Assembly (NCBI RefSeq): GCF_009914755.1
Contig: NC_060925.1
Reading direction: 5' to 3' (one strand)
Source: the human T2T-CHM13v2.0 reference genome, Homo sapiens
Length of the DNA: 64,000 bases
The translations under genes and the position numbers were made by a program. The notes beneath the pieces were generated by a model, which was not told where the DNA came from, did no database searches, and worked only from the letters and a program-made list of their open reading frames with translations. Below are positions 1-12,590 of the stretch, piece after piece; the stretch's first letter is position 1, and every line of letters begins with the position of its first letter.

Positions 1-678
1 GAAATCAGACATCTCAAGTCTTAGCAGCAGTCTTGGTCTGTGCTTAGACAAATAATCTCAAGGCGACCCAAATCCCCTGTTCATTGTGAAAACAGACAGT
101 GCCAGAGTGAAACAGAATTAAATTGTTTCTCTTTCATGGCAGCTGACGTGTAAAAACCATTCTATTCCGACCTTGTGGTCAGAATATCCTGACACCTCAT
201 AAATTATCTTAAGGGGTCAGGGCTCAGGGAGGTTTGGGAAGGCTGCGAGTCCACACTGCAGTCAGCGTTCTGCACCGCACAGCAGCAGCGGGAGCACCTC
301 CTTCCTGGTCTTTCCGATAGGCAGATACCAATGTGTAGGATGTGGAGGAATGTAGTGTCCTCAGAGCCAGTTTTTATGAGTTGGGACAAGCATTTTTCCC
401 TCCTTTTATGTTTGTAGGACTTGTATGGCCACAGCAACTACTCTCATGAAGGTTTTTAAGGAAGTGAGAAAAGCACAGTGATAGCCTCCATATCAGACAG
501 AGATTCTAGGGTGGTTTTGTCTTAGCAGAAAAAAAGACAGGGGAGGGATGGAAACAATAGAGACATATACTTACACAAGATGAAGAACTAGAGAGAAAAA
601 AATGAACCAAGGAGACAAGAGAAAGGAAGGTGGAAAGGGGAAACGTGGGTGGCAGGAAGAAAATTTTTCTTGATTCAG

Positions 679-817
679 ATATACACCCCAAAGCGTGCAC
701 ACACACACACACACACTTTCTCACACACTCTCACACACACACACAGTCTCTCTGTCACACACACACACACACATGCCTCCTCAGCAGAGTGGAACTCTTG
801 GACTTCTCTGCCTCCTG
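679..817 (+). other. Candidate non-coding exon
   Basis: Acceptor-like tttttcttgattcag ends at 678; consensus donor CTG|GTGAGT at 817/818. Motif evidence only. Confidence 0.25.
697..773. repeat. Compound (CA)n/(CT)n microsatellite
   Basis: Interrupted CA runs read directly from sequence. Confidence 0.95.
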
Positions 818-1537
818 GTGAGTTTCTTTTAGCCCACACATTCATCTGTGCCTTACACACAGTAGGTGCTCCATAAATGTTTGCCTACTGGTAACATCCA
901 CAGATTGGTCCCCAGAGAGGGAAACAGATTTATTTTGGAAAATTCCAAGTATGTAAAGCAAAGTCCTTTGGAGCAAACAGTATTCCTATAGCCTGAACCA
1001 CCATAAGGTTGAAAGAATCTGGGTATTTGTGGGTGTGTCTGGACATATTGTGTGTGGGAGTGTGAGTGGGTGGTCTGGATGGGTGGGTAATAAGTGACAG
1101 GAGGGCCCTTGAAAATATAAAGGGCTCCATAACTACTGTAAAAATAAAACTGGGAATAGCATGCCCAGACCTCCAGTCATGCGGTGACCAAACCTGACCT
1201 TGGCAGAGATGAATAAATTTTGGAGATGGATTCAAAAATTATTAGCCAATGTTTTTGGTCCCTGTGGGCTTTTATTGTTTCTTTTTTAAAGAACAGCTGG
1301 GCGGGTTTTTGGCAAGGCAAATGACTGCCACAGCCTGTAGAATTCCAGAGCCCTTCCAAGCTTTTTCTAGATTCTTTTGTATTAATGCTTTTTTATTTCT
1401 GGTTCATTATTTTCCTAATGGGATATGTCTTCTGGCTCACCCCTTGGACAAAGGATATGCTTTCTCACTGTCTCTGCTCTTAATTTCTTCCTTTATGGAA
1501 ATTTTGTCTTGAGGACATAATTATGATCAGAAATACA

Positions 1538-1640
1538 TTAGAAGTGTATTGTTTTTCCTAATTGTGTCATCCCATTCCTGATATCAGCATCTCTTAAGCA
1601 TCACTGACTAGTAAAGAGATGAAGTTATTAAAACAAGCCA
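1538..1640. repeat. Left arm of 103-bp inverted repeat (partner 2928-3030)
   Basis: Manual alignment to the reverse complement of 2928-3030 gives 93/104 identical columns. Confidence 0.95.
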
Positions 1641-1720
1641 CGTCATGGATTGACGATCCTTCTCCCAATTCCTCTGGCCTGGAGAAACAGAAAAGAAGAT
1701 TCAAGGCAGAAGACAGTTAA

Positions 1721-2080
<360 letters not shown>

Positions 2081-2710
2081 GCAGTATATGATTTTCTGCA
2101 GCTGTCCCAGTGCGCAAACGCATGATCATTGGAATGTTCATTGTAATGGTAAAGGGAGGCAGGGCAAAAGGAAGAATTGATGGGATACAGAGGGAAATCC
2201 TATACTATCCATACCACAACTGCTGATACCTGGCAAGTCTGAGTTGGTATATGTATGTCTTCATACATATATCTACTAATATACCATAGCAAGCTCTGTG
2301 ATATGTAATTTAGATTTTTTTTTTAATTAGAGAAATAGCAGTTCATGAGGTTGGTAACATATCTTTAAACGTTGTGGTTATTTGGGGGTATTAGGTGGTA
2401 AGTGTTAGAAATAAACTTTCTTAGATGTTGGAGATTACATGCTACAGGTTTAGACATTAAGGAGTGTCATAAAACTAAAATTTTCTCTAAAAGTACATTG
2501 ATAACAACCTTCATACTATATCCCTATTTCCTTTATACATCTTTTGAGGTTTACCTAACCATTCCCCAACTAATCAGCCTAATTCTTGATTCCATACAGT
2601 CACCTCCTTCTTGTAATTGCTGTGTACATTTGTGTGTATTTGTGTTGATTTTGTATGTTTTATTTCTTTCCCATTAGACCATAATCTCATTGGGGATAGG
2701 AATCAGTACA

Positions 2711-2809
2711 TTTTTTTTTTTTTGACCCAGGGTCTCACTCTATTACTCTGGGCTAGAGTGCAGCATCGGGATCTCAGCTCACTGCAGCCTTGCCCTCTGG
2801 GGCTCCGGC
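2711..2809 (-). mobile_element. 5'-truncated old Alu (AluJ-like) inserted in an L2 3' fragment (~2670-2885)
   Basis: Poly-T plus Alu 3' end; TSD aggaatcagta at 2698-2708 and 2810-2820. Confidence 0.85.
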
Positions 2810-2927
2810 AGGAATCAGTAATCTTTATTCTGTATCCCCAAGTGCCTGGGATTATTTTGTAAATCCTATGCATAGTCAATAAATGAAGAACATATTCTAC
2901 TCTCAGAGGAGCAATTTAATGCTAGGT

Positions 2928-3030
2928 TGGCTTGTTTTACTAACTTCCATCTCTTTTCTAGTCAGTGATGCTCAACAAATGCTGATATCAGCGATGGGAT
3001 GACACAATTAAGAAAAAAATACACTTTTAA
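2928..3030. repeat. Right arm of 103-bp inverted repeat (partner 1538-1640)
   Basis: Same alignment; contains the palindrome GCTGATATCAGC. Confidence 0.95.
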
Positions 3031-5188
3031 AATTATATAATGCTCTTCCAAGTCAAGAGTAAATTGCCTATTAATTTTCCATGGCTTTGTAGGTAGCAAA
3101 ATGGCATTTAGACTGCAGGTATACATTTCTGATTATAAGCAATTATCCATCTTTTAATCAAATATAAACTATCTAGTTAGTAAAGATTTTAAAGTCAGTT
3201 TCTCTTGAGGTGTTCTTGTTAATTCCTCTTGGAACATTCTATTGGACCGCCCACTATCATCATCTCCTAAATTTTAAGCCTGGTCCCATAGTCCAAAGGA
3301 CCACACATGGACAATCAACTGAATATATTTGACCTATTTCTGAACAAGGTTCTATGTACTCCGACACCATTAACCAAAACGACTGACTCTAAGTTCTAGT
3401 CCTTATAAAATGCAAAATCGCTGCCCTAGCTCGTTACTTCAGTCCTCTCCTCAAAATCTTTTGCTGGATTGCAGACTGATTCATGCTTCAGCTCCTTTTC
3501 TCCCACTGTAATATTTGGCTATGTGGGTCCTAGACACACTGCAAAATGCATTCTACAGCTTTCCTCCTCTTCTCTCTGGAGATCCAGCATGTCTCCCTTG
3601 GCATATCACCAAACTGCTTCTGTGTGCTGTTCTCTCTCTCTGCATTACTACCATCCATCCTGAGCTTAGTTCTCTTAAGAGACTCCCTTTATTCAGCTGT
3701 CTTTGTGGAAAGAACTACTGAATGAATTTAGAATGAATTGCCAATTAATTGGTAATGATATATTTTGGAAATATGTGCTCCTCATTCTATCTCTTGGAAT
3801 ATAAGATCTTCATCCCAGTGCTTCAAATTCATTCATCTATCTGTTAGCCTGGGAGAAAACTATAATTTGTTTTATAAGGAATTCAACCAGATAGATAGGA
3901 ATTAGTCAGATTCTAACATACAAGATAGATTTTGAACAAAACAATAGGCTTGAGAGGCAGCCAGGCATTGTTGAGAAAGTTTGTTCCAAATAAATTATTT
4001 GCTCCTTTGGTATATGAACAACTTAGCTTGAAGTGCTCGTTCTCTGAGAACACCCCTCTAGCATAGAGAAGATGACTCTTCTGCTACAATCCCCAGGCGA
4101 GCTCCATGGCCGCAGAGGGTAGTAAAAGAAAAGCCCGCCCCTCTTTTGGCTCTAGGGATTGTGAGATAAAGCGGGTGGGAGAGTAAATCAGTGAAGCAAT
4201 CGAACATCTCTCTCCCCATTTACTATAAGGTAAATAGTAAGCTCCAAGAAGCCGGTTAGGACTTGGGAGGTGGCCAGCTTACAGGCTGCCCTAAACTAAC
4301 CTGGGTCACAGTCAAATCAACCAGAGAATGTAGTGAGCTCAGGCAGAAGAAACTCTGAGGTCATCCTTTCCTGAGGCATGCTTGGTTCCCTTGTGCACAG
4401 ACAAATTCCAGAAAGAACTGGAAATCTGGTTAGGAAACTTGGCAAAGTGGGTGTCACTGTATTGGGGAGGGTGAAACAATTCTGTAGCAGGAGTTGCAAG
4501 GCAGAACCCTCGAACTAGGGCCTAATGATAGTCACAGCCAAACCTCATAAGGGTCTCTAACACCAATAGGAGCTGAGGTGAGGCAGAGCCAGCCAAGGGT
4601 CACTGCTGAGCCCTGCCAAGCCCAAGCTAAGACCTACTAGATGGAAAGTTAAACTGACCACAGACCTCAGCTGTTGTATGCCAGTGAGGCAGGCAGCACC
4701 TGTATTGACAAAGATGGTACCCCAGAGACACAGGGAGGGGGACGTTGCTCCTGAGAACCCTGACTCTTCCTTTATGGACTTTGAGGTCCCACCAGTCATA
4801 CTCCTCTTCCTTGTTCATTCATGTATCACTGCCTTTAACCCAAGGCTGAAAGGCTTTCAAAGAAATTAGAATTTTTTTAACAAAAAATATGTTAAATACT
4901 TCTTAAAATAGACTGTTTATATTATGGATCAAACTGAATTCCTAAGTTTAACTATATTTTTGGTAATTTTTTCTCACCTACCTTTTGAGAAACCAGATTG
5001 TTTACTGATAAAATAGTAAACCTTACATTTTTTGGTCTTCTCATTTGCTCTTCTCATTTAGTGACTCATGCCACATAATGACTGGCAGTAGCTGAATAGT
5101 TAGCCTTTCCTAGCCTATGAATATTTTAATAGGTCATTCTGAGGGGTCCAACTTTGTATACTGAAGGACTTAATTTTAAGGTTTAGAA

Positions 5189-5410
5189 AAGTTGTTGGCA
5201 AACTATAGCCCACCGGCCAAATCCAGCCTACCGTCTGTTTTTGTAAATAAAGTTTTATTGGAACACAGTCATGATCATTTGTTTACATATTGTCTCTGGC
5301 TGCTTCAGGGTTATCATGACAGAGTTGAGTAGTTGTGTTAGAGACCATATGGCTTGCAAAGCTGAAAGTGTTTATTATCTGGCTTTTTATAGGATGTTTG
5401 TCAACCCCTG
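5189..5410 (+). mobile_element. MER58A (hAT-Charlie MITE)
   Basis: ggcaaactatagccc...ttttgtaaataaagttttattggaacacag...caacccctg; degenerate 8-bp TSD gtttagaa/atgtagaa. Confidence 0.9.
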
Positions 5411-6209
5411 ATGTAGAATAATGCATGGTTTTATTGAGCATCTTGTCCAGTGCCCTTTCTGAACAGATGAGGCCGCTGAGGCCTAAGAATTTAAGGTACA
5501 CATCCAAGATCACACAAAATGTAAGGGGAGAGATCAGGATAACAAACGGTGGAGTTTTAAACATGGTGAAAAGCAAGTGGGGGAAATCTGTACAGAGTTG
5601 AGGTCTTTTGAACAGTCTCATCTTAAATAATGCTCCTGAGATTGCATGATTAATATGAAAAAGCATACTAACAAACCCAAGAGGAAAATAAAAATAATAA
5701 ATGAAAATCCCCTTCAACCTGTGAAATCACCTGGATTTTATGACAGTGGAAAAGACTCAGTTCAATTAGTGGCTCTGTGCCCCCAATACCCATAAAACCT
5801 GCATTTTGGGACATTCATATGTTCTTGTTATATATTAGATAAATGAGTCCCCAAAGAGGCTCTAGTGTATCAAGTTACTCAGTTTAGAGATTTGGGAAAG
5901 AACCTAAAAAATTGATTACCAGACTCCAAAAGGAGACTGCAACAACTAGGGGCTGGGGGTTGTCTATAACACTGATCTTTTCTAAAAGGCTGTCAGAGAA
6001 ACAAGGGCTACATGATTTAGTGCCACCTCCCAGGCTCTTGGAGAAACACTGAGGAACAGAACACAGACTGGTTGCCACGTTGCTATCTCTGTCTTTCATT
6101 CCACTGAAGAGTCCTCTCTACCTGCTTTCATTTTACTTCCTAACCTCATGTTCACTTTTTACCCCCTGTAGTTAGGAGGTGGCCCTGCCACTCCATTGAA
6201 ATAGGGAGG

Positions 6210-6920
6210 GTTTTTCAGCCCTCACCTCATTTGACCCCTCTGAGATAGCTGACATTTTTGCCCACGCCCTTTTGAATAATGTTCTTTCCTCCCTTGGCGT
6301 CTCTAATGCCGTGTTCATGTGATTCTCCTGACTTGTTGCCACTCACCAGCCTCATCTTTCATCTGTCCTCCATTCTCAGAGGTGGGCTATTCCTCAGGGT
6401 TATGATTTCTATCTTATTTCCATCTCATATATTCATCTAGGAAATTTATTTATGCTCAGAGCTTTAACTACTAGCTAACTGGGGTTGTCTCCCAAATCTG
6501 TTTTCAGTCCACGTGTCTCTTCTGAACGATAGCATTTATTTCCATGTGTCCACAGAACACCTGTAGTCAATGTGCTACGAGTATCTCAAACTCATAAAGT
6601 CCAAAGTTGAAACTATAATCTTTCCCCTACACCTGATACCTTCTCTGGTATTCTAAATTTACTAACCATCTACTCAGCTCTCTCCAGTGACTCCCTGGAT
6701 CTATAAAGAATGAAGTTTCTAAATTCCACAAAGCCTTCCATGACCTGACTCAGGCTAGCCTTCTTGTATACTTGGTCTCCATTCTGCAGACCCTTGCTTT
6801 CCTCATTACCATATTTCTGTCCCTTTATTCTCCTTGGAATCACTTCCCTGTTGTTAGTTCAATAAGCATCTATTCAACTTCCAAGATTCAGTTCAAGCAC
6901 TGCTTTCTCTGTAATCACCC
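6210..6920 (+). mobile_element. L2 LINE fragment
   Basis: L2-like motifs (tctcccaaatct, atctcaaactca..gtccaaa); boundaries approximate. Confidence 0.6.
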
Positions 6921-7289
6921 CACAAGATACCGGGCACTAGAACAGGAAGGCCAGAATCCTTACTTCCTCACCTTTGCACTTTGAAGAGCTCTGGAATTCA
7001 TCATCCTGACAGAGCAACTATGTGGCAGCAACCTGCTCCTTTTGGGCAAGGCTCTAGCTGACTGCACAGTTTGTTGTGGAATTTTCCAGTTCTCCCACCC
7101 GTCTGGGATTATCTTACTAGCCTTGCTTTAATAACTGCGGGCCAAGTGAGTGGTAATTCTTGGAGTAATTTTGACAGAGTGTTGTCAGTGAACATTCTTC
7201 TGGAGAAAACAACGCAATAACTGGAATGGGGACAGCCTGGTTAGGAGCAGAGTATAGCACATTATTCAGCACTTAGTACATTACAAAGA

Positions 7290-7575
7290 GGTAGCATAGT
7301 GGGGTTAAAGAGCATGGAGTCTGGAGTCAGAAGGCCTGAGTTTGAATTATGGCTCAGCTACTTACTAGCTTTGTGACTCTGGACAAGTTTGTTAGCCTCT
7401 TAGTGCCTCAGTTTCTTCATCTGTAAAACAGAGATGGTGATAATAGTACCCCCCCCCCGATAGGATTGTGGTGAAGGGTGTGTGTGTGTGTGTGTGTGTG
7501 AATATGTATATGTATATATGTGCACACTCATATGTTTCTTGGAATAATGCATACTATTTAATGTGTTACCTCTTA
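7290..7575 (+). mobile_element. MIR with embedded (TG)n at 7478-7500
   Basis: MIR core gtgcctcagtttcttcatctgtaaaa and 5' tRNA-like head. Confidence 0.9.
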
Positions 7576-8454
7576 CTATTTTTAGCTTGTTAGGTGACGA
7601 AGGGGAAAACCAAATTCAGTAGCCTTGAGAAAGATCATTTTCAAACAGAGGGTTGAGTAGTCTCCCTCTTTCACACCAGTAAAAACAACCAAACTCTCAA
7701 CTCTCCAATTAAACTGCACACTGAATATCAAGCCTATATACCTTGTGTTTGTTTAGTCCTTTATACTAGGCAAATAACTTTCATTTACTGGTATATTGGG
7801 TTGCAGTAAAAGCAAGAAAAGAATAAACAGACTTTTGAACATACAATTCTTTTTTTTATGTGCCAATACTTTGATGAATATCTCCTTAAATAGTTTGAAA
7901 AGCAATTATAGGAACTTCAAACACTAGGGAGTTTCGAACACTATTAACATGAACCACTGTGGACCTCAGTATACATGATCTCTATGGCATTTGCTCCTCA
8001 CAACCACCAAATCCCAAGAGATAGCATATACAGGTTTATTGCCCTCATTTTCAGTACAGGAAAACAATAAAAAATTAACATACAAGTTCTATTTTCTGAC
8101 TCCCTGTCTGATGTGCATTCCATTGTTCTTTTAAAAAATTTTAACTTTGTTTTACCTGTATAATATTTTTTTAAAAAGTCGGGCTGTGCTGAATCAATTC
8201 GTACCCTAGAGAGTCTATCTAGAGGCCCTCAGTGCCCTTCTGATAACTTTTTCCAGATTTCAGAAATTTTTATCATAATTTTTATATCTTCACTGTTACT
8301 GATGGTGACCAAGAACCCTAGTGGTGCAAAAGAAACTAAGGAGAGCTAGGGGATAACAAGAAGTAGAAAATAGTGCAACAAAGAAAACAGATGTATTATC
8401 TATTTGCCTGTTGCTGCTTAGCCAATGCTTTGTTGTATGGCGTTACTACGTCTG

Positions 8455-9530
8455 TGTATCTACTTCTCTCTATTTCTAGCACCACCAACTACTCTGTTCC
8501 ATGCTACCATGATGTCTTGCCTGAATTGCCATGATATCTTCCCAACTGATCTCCCTAAAACCACTCTGACACACTTATAATATATTCTCCAATTTGTTGC
8601 CAGATTTACCTTTTCAAAATACAAATCTGAGCATGCCCCTCTTCTTTATTTAAATCCCTTCAGTGGATTTCTTTTGGTCTTGGATAAAAGCAAAATTCCT
8701 CAATGAGGGCTATAAGACACTGCATCATCTGGCCCCACCTGCTTATGGTAGAGATTGCAAGCTGTTCAGTAATGCCTATTCCTCTTGTTCCTGTGACAGA
8801 TAGTTTACAGTTTCCAGATTCCCTTATTGTTAGTACCTAGCCCATAAATACCTTCAGTGTGCATTACTCATGATCTTGCCAGGTGACTTCAATGGCAATA
8901 CTCATGATGAAAGCCGCATCTTGAAGATAAAGAGTAGTATCAGCATGAATCTCTGAAGTGGATCCCCAAGGATCTTTCATTACCATCCTTGACCTGTGGT
9001 TTCTTGGAAGGTTATGTGCGAAAGAAATGCATACTTATTATAAGCTATTATGGGGTCTATTTGTTGCTGCAGGCAAGTCTACCATAATTAATATGTCGTA
9101 TCTTCTGTCTCATCTATCCACAATACTGCCCATGCCTCATTTCTCCACATCAGCTGAATAAATCTTTCAGTTCCTCATCCTTGCCATGCTCCTTTATCCC
9201 AGGGGATCTTTGCATATGCTATTAACCCTCCCATTAATACTTTCTGGTTAAATCCTTCTCATCGTTCAGGTCTCAGCTCAGGTATAACCACTTCCTGGAA
9301 GCCCTCTCTGAACTCAAGTCCCACTATTAGGCTCATCTCTTCATGTACTTTTCCATAGATCTTGTGATGGTTGTGACTATGCATTTGTGTTTGTGCTTAT
9401 TTAATTATCTTATGCTCCTTCACTAGAGTGTAAATCCATGAGGGCAAGGATGGTGTTTGTTTGGCTTATTTAGCATCTATATAGTGCCTTGACATAGAGA
9501 CAATCAGTAATATTTGTTGAATGAGTGAGT
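8455..9530 (+). mobile_element. L2a 3' region split by an old MLT1-type LTR (~8745-9090)
   Basis: L2 3' terminus atatttgttgaatgagtgagt; MaLR-like 3' end ggggtctatttgttgctgcag. Confidence 0.65.
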
Positions 9531-9878
9531 AAGATTGTTGATTTTTATCATTGAGAAAAAAATTTTAAAATATTTTAAAGTAAAATTTATAGCTGTAAGT
9601 TGTGATGCAAAAATATTTTTTCCCAACATATAATATTATTTGGATACTTTGTGTTTAAAGGCTTTTAGTAATTGCTGACATGTCCTAAGATCATAATTTC
9701 AGGAAAACAAAGAGATTTGATGTGACAGCTCTTGAAGTGGCAGCGCTTTAGCCAGCTGCAATGGTTTATCTTACTTGGCCTCAGCATTTTACTTTCCCTG
9801 ATAGTTGATAACCAAATGCAATTTATGAGCAATATATTTCTTCCTGAAGAAACTTCTTGTTTGGGAAAAAATACTAGG

Positions 9879-10239
9879 TATATTAGTCCATTTTCATGCT
9901 GCTGATAAAGACATACCCAAGATTGGGTAATTTATAAAGAAAAGAGGTTTAATGGACTCACAGTTCCACGTGGCTGGAGAGGCCTCACAATCATGGTGGA
10001 AGGCAAAAGTCACATCTTACATGGTGGCAGGCAAGAGAAAATGAGAGCCAAGAAAAAGGGGAAACCCCTTATAAAACCATCAGATCTTGTGAGACTTATT
10101 CACTACCACGAGAACAGTATGGGGGAAACCGTCCCCATGATTCAGTTATCTCCCATCAGGTTCCTTCCACAACACGTGGGAATTATGGGGGATATTATTC
10201 AAAATGAGACTTGGGTGGGGACACAGCCAAACCATGTCA
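9879..10239 (-). mobile_element. THE1 (THE1B/C-like) MaLR solo LTR
   Basis: tattagtccattttcatgctgctgataaagacatacc...gggacacagccaaaccatgtca. Confidence 0.93.
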
Positions 10240-10352
10240 CTAAAGAAAGAAATATACAAAGAATAAGTTATATTCTGCCTGTAGTTTAGTGTAGTGAGGG
10301 TAGAAAGAGGATGGGCTTTGGATGAAATAGATCTGGGATCTTGGTCTCTAGT

Positions 10353-10484
10353 TAGGGTTGTAAGATATGTAACTCTATCCCTTGCGACCCTTCAGACATG
10401 CTTATTCTAAAGAAATATTTATTGTTTGAAATACATATTTAACTAGTTATCTTGTATTTTTATTTGCTAAATCTGGCAACCCTA
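10353..10484. mobile_element. MER53 hAT MITE (internally deleted) inside a MIR
   Basis: TIRs tagggttg / ctggcaacccta; 8-bp TSD tctctagt/tttctagt. Confidence 0.85.
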
Positions 10485-10620
10485 TTTCTAGTTCTCCACT
10501 TACCAGAGGTTGGATAGGAATTTTACCTTGAGAGGATTAAGCGGGATACACTATTTGAAATGCTTAGCATAGTGTCAGACACTATGTGCTGACACTTAGT
10601 GTTCCAAAAATATTTATTCT

Positions 10621-11085
10621 TTTTTAGATTCCACATGTAAGTGAGCTCATGTAGTATTTGTTTTTCTGTGTCTGGCTTATTTCACTTAGCATAATGTCCT
10701 CCAGGTTCATCCATGTTGTCACAAAAAAGTCAAACTCAAAGAAATAGAGAGTAGAATGGTGGTTACCAGAGGCTGGTGGGGATGGGAGGGGTGATGGAGA
10801 AAGGGGAGATGTTGGTCAAAGGGTATAAAGTTTGAGTTAGACAGAAGGAATAAGTTTTAGTAACCTATTGTACAGCATGATGACTACAGGTTGCATATTT
10901 CAAAACTGCAAAAAGAGTAGATTTTAAATGTTCTTACCACACAAAAATGATAAGTACATGAGGTAATGGATATGCTAAATAGGTAGATTTAGTCATTCTA
11001 CAATGCATGTATATATGAAAACATCACATTGCACCTCATATTTATATAGTTATTTGTCAACTAAAAATGAAATGAAATAAAAACA
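10621..11085 (+). mobile_element. Short L1MA-type 3' end with inverted 5' segment (10621-10724 on minus)
   Basis: Minus-strand tttagattccacat...gttgtcacaaa joined to plus-strand aaagtcaaactc...tttgtcaactaaaaat. Confidence 0.85.
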
Positions 11086-11199
11086 TTTCAAATGAAAGAA
11101 TAAAAGGCAGAATTAACAATATTTAAAAATTTTATGCTTATTACTAATATATGTAAAAAATGAAAGTTACTTTTGTTACAATAATGGATCCCATTATTT

Positions 11200-11420
11200 G
11201 TAAACATCGGAGCTACCATTGTGTGCCATATTCTATACCATGTGTTGTTCTAAGAAGCCGTTTACATGTATTATTTTATTCATTTTTTTTCAATGATCCC
11301 ATAAAACAGATATGACATTATCTCCACCATGCAGATGAGACACAGAGAGTTTGGGTCACGGCCGACATCACACTGCTTACGGTGGTGCAGCCTCAGATCC
11401 CACTGTCAGACTCCGGAGTC
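11200..11420 (-). mobile_element. MIR
   Basis: catgcagatgagacacagagagtt...tcacactgct MIR core in reverse. Confidence 0.65.
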
Positions 11421-12454
11421 TGCTTCTTCACCACCAAGCCATAATTTCTGCCTGTGACAAGCAAGGCCGGGTCCATTATGGATGAGCATCCTTTCATATT
11501 TGACAGGACCACTTCCCCTTAGCCCCTTTGTAACCCCGGGGCATTGGTGATGCTGTCCACCTGGTAAATCAACCATCCCTTTTGCACCCAGAGCTGATTT
11601 TATAGAAATCTAAATACACTTCACTAGGTTTACATGTTAACACTAAAAGAAAAAGAATGTTCTCTGTTTGCCTTTTAGTTGAGGCAACATTTTGGTTTTA
11701 TAGGCTTGTTTTAGTAAGTAATTATTCTGGTAATGCCAAGGCCTCCTTTATTGAGTCATAAATGCATCCTGGACAACTCAAAATAACAAGCAGGCCTTTT
11801 CCTTTGGGCCTAGCAGGCACACACTGTTTAGCTAGATGTGAGTTGGCTTGCCTGCCTCTGCAGGTTTCTCTTTCTCTCTGGAAAGCTCCTATGAAACCAT
11901 GTGAAGGGGGGAAAGAGGATCAGATAATTGGGATCTTTAAGATGGTTATTATGAAAAATGTTCTGGAACCAATTCAAATACCAATCAGAAACCACAGTGT
12001 TCTACTAAATCACTTTCAGATGCCATATAAGACACAAAATACAATTATTTCCAGTTTAAAAATATAATGTTCCTTTAAAAAAAAAACACAACATTTTATT
12101 TTATTATTTAAAAAAAAAATCTACCTTGGCTGGATTTCAGGCCCATCACAGATGATGTACAGACAGACTTTGTGCCTTTCCCTTTGGATTCGGAGCCTGT
12201 AGACCTCACTGTAATGTATTTAAAAGTTCCTTAAAATGGATGTGACAGCTGTTTTCTTTGTGTATTACAGAAATATACAGAGTTCAGAGGCTCCATGGCT
12301 ACACTTTGGGCATGTATGTCATTACAGGAATGAAAAAAAGATGATGGCCAAATGCTGTATTAAAATCCCATTAGAAATGCCGGGAGAAATTTATGGCCCC
12401 AATCTCTTTTATCTGACAGGTATCAGTTTGGTGAAAGTTTTCTTTCTTGCCCTT

Positions 12455-12590
12455 TTCTCTCCCTCCCTTCCTCCCTCCCTCCCTCCCTCCCTCCCTCCCT
12501 CCCTCCCTCCCTTCCTTCTCTCCTTCCCTCCTTCCCTCCCTTCCTCTCTCCTTCTTTCCATTTCTTCTTCCTTTCCTCCTTCTTTTATTA
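12455..12590. repeat. (CCCT)n/(CCTT)n polypyrimidine tract
   Basis: Direct reading. Confidence 0.95.

Noticed and set aside
268-288. REST/NRSE-like sequence ttctgcacc-gcacagcagc
   Set aside because: Half-sites have mismatches and lack the canonical 2-bp spacer
2248-2271. 10-bp hairpin tatatgtatg-tctt-catacatata in the inverted-repeat loop
   Set aside because: Low complexity, and not centred once Alu insertions are removed
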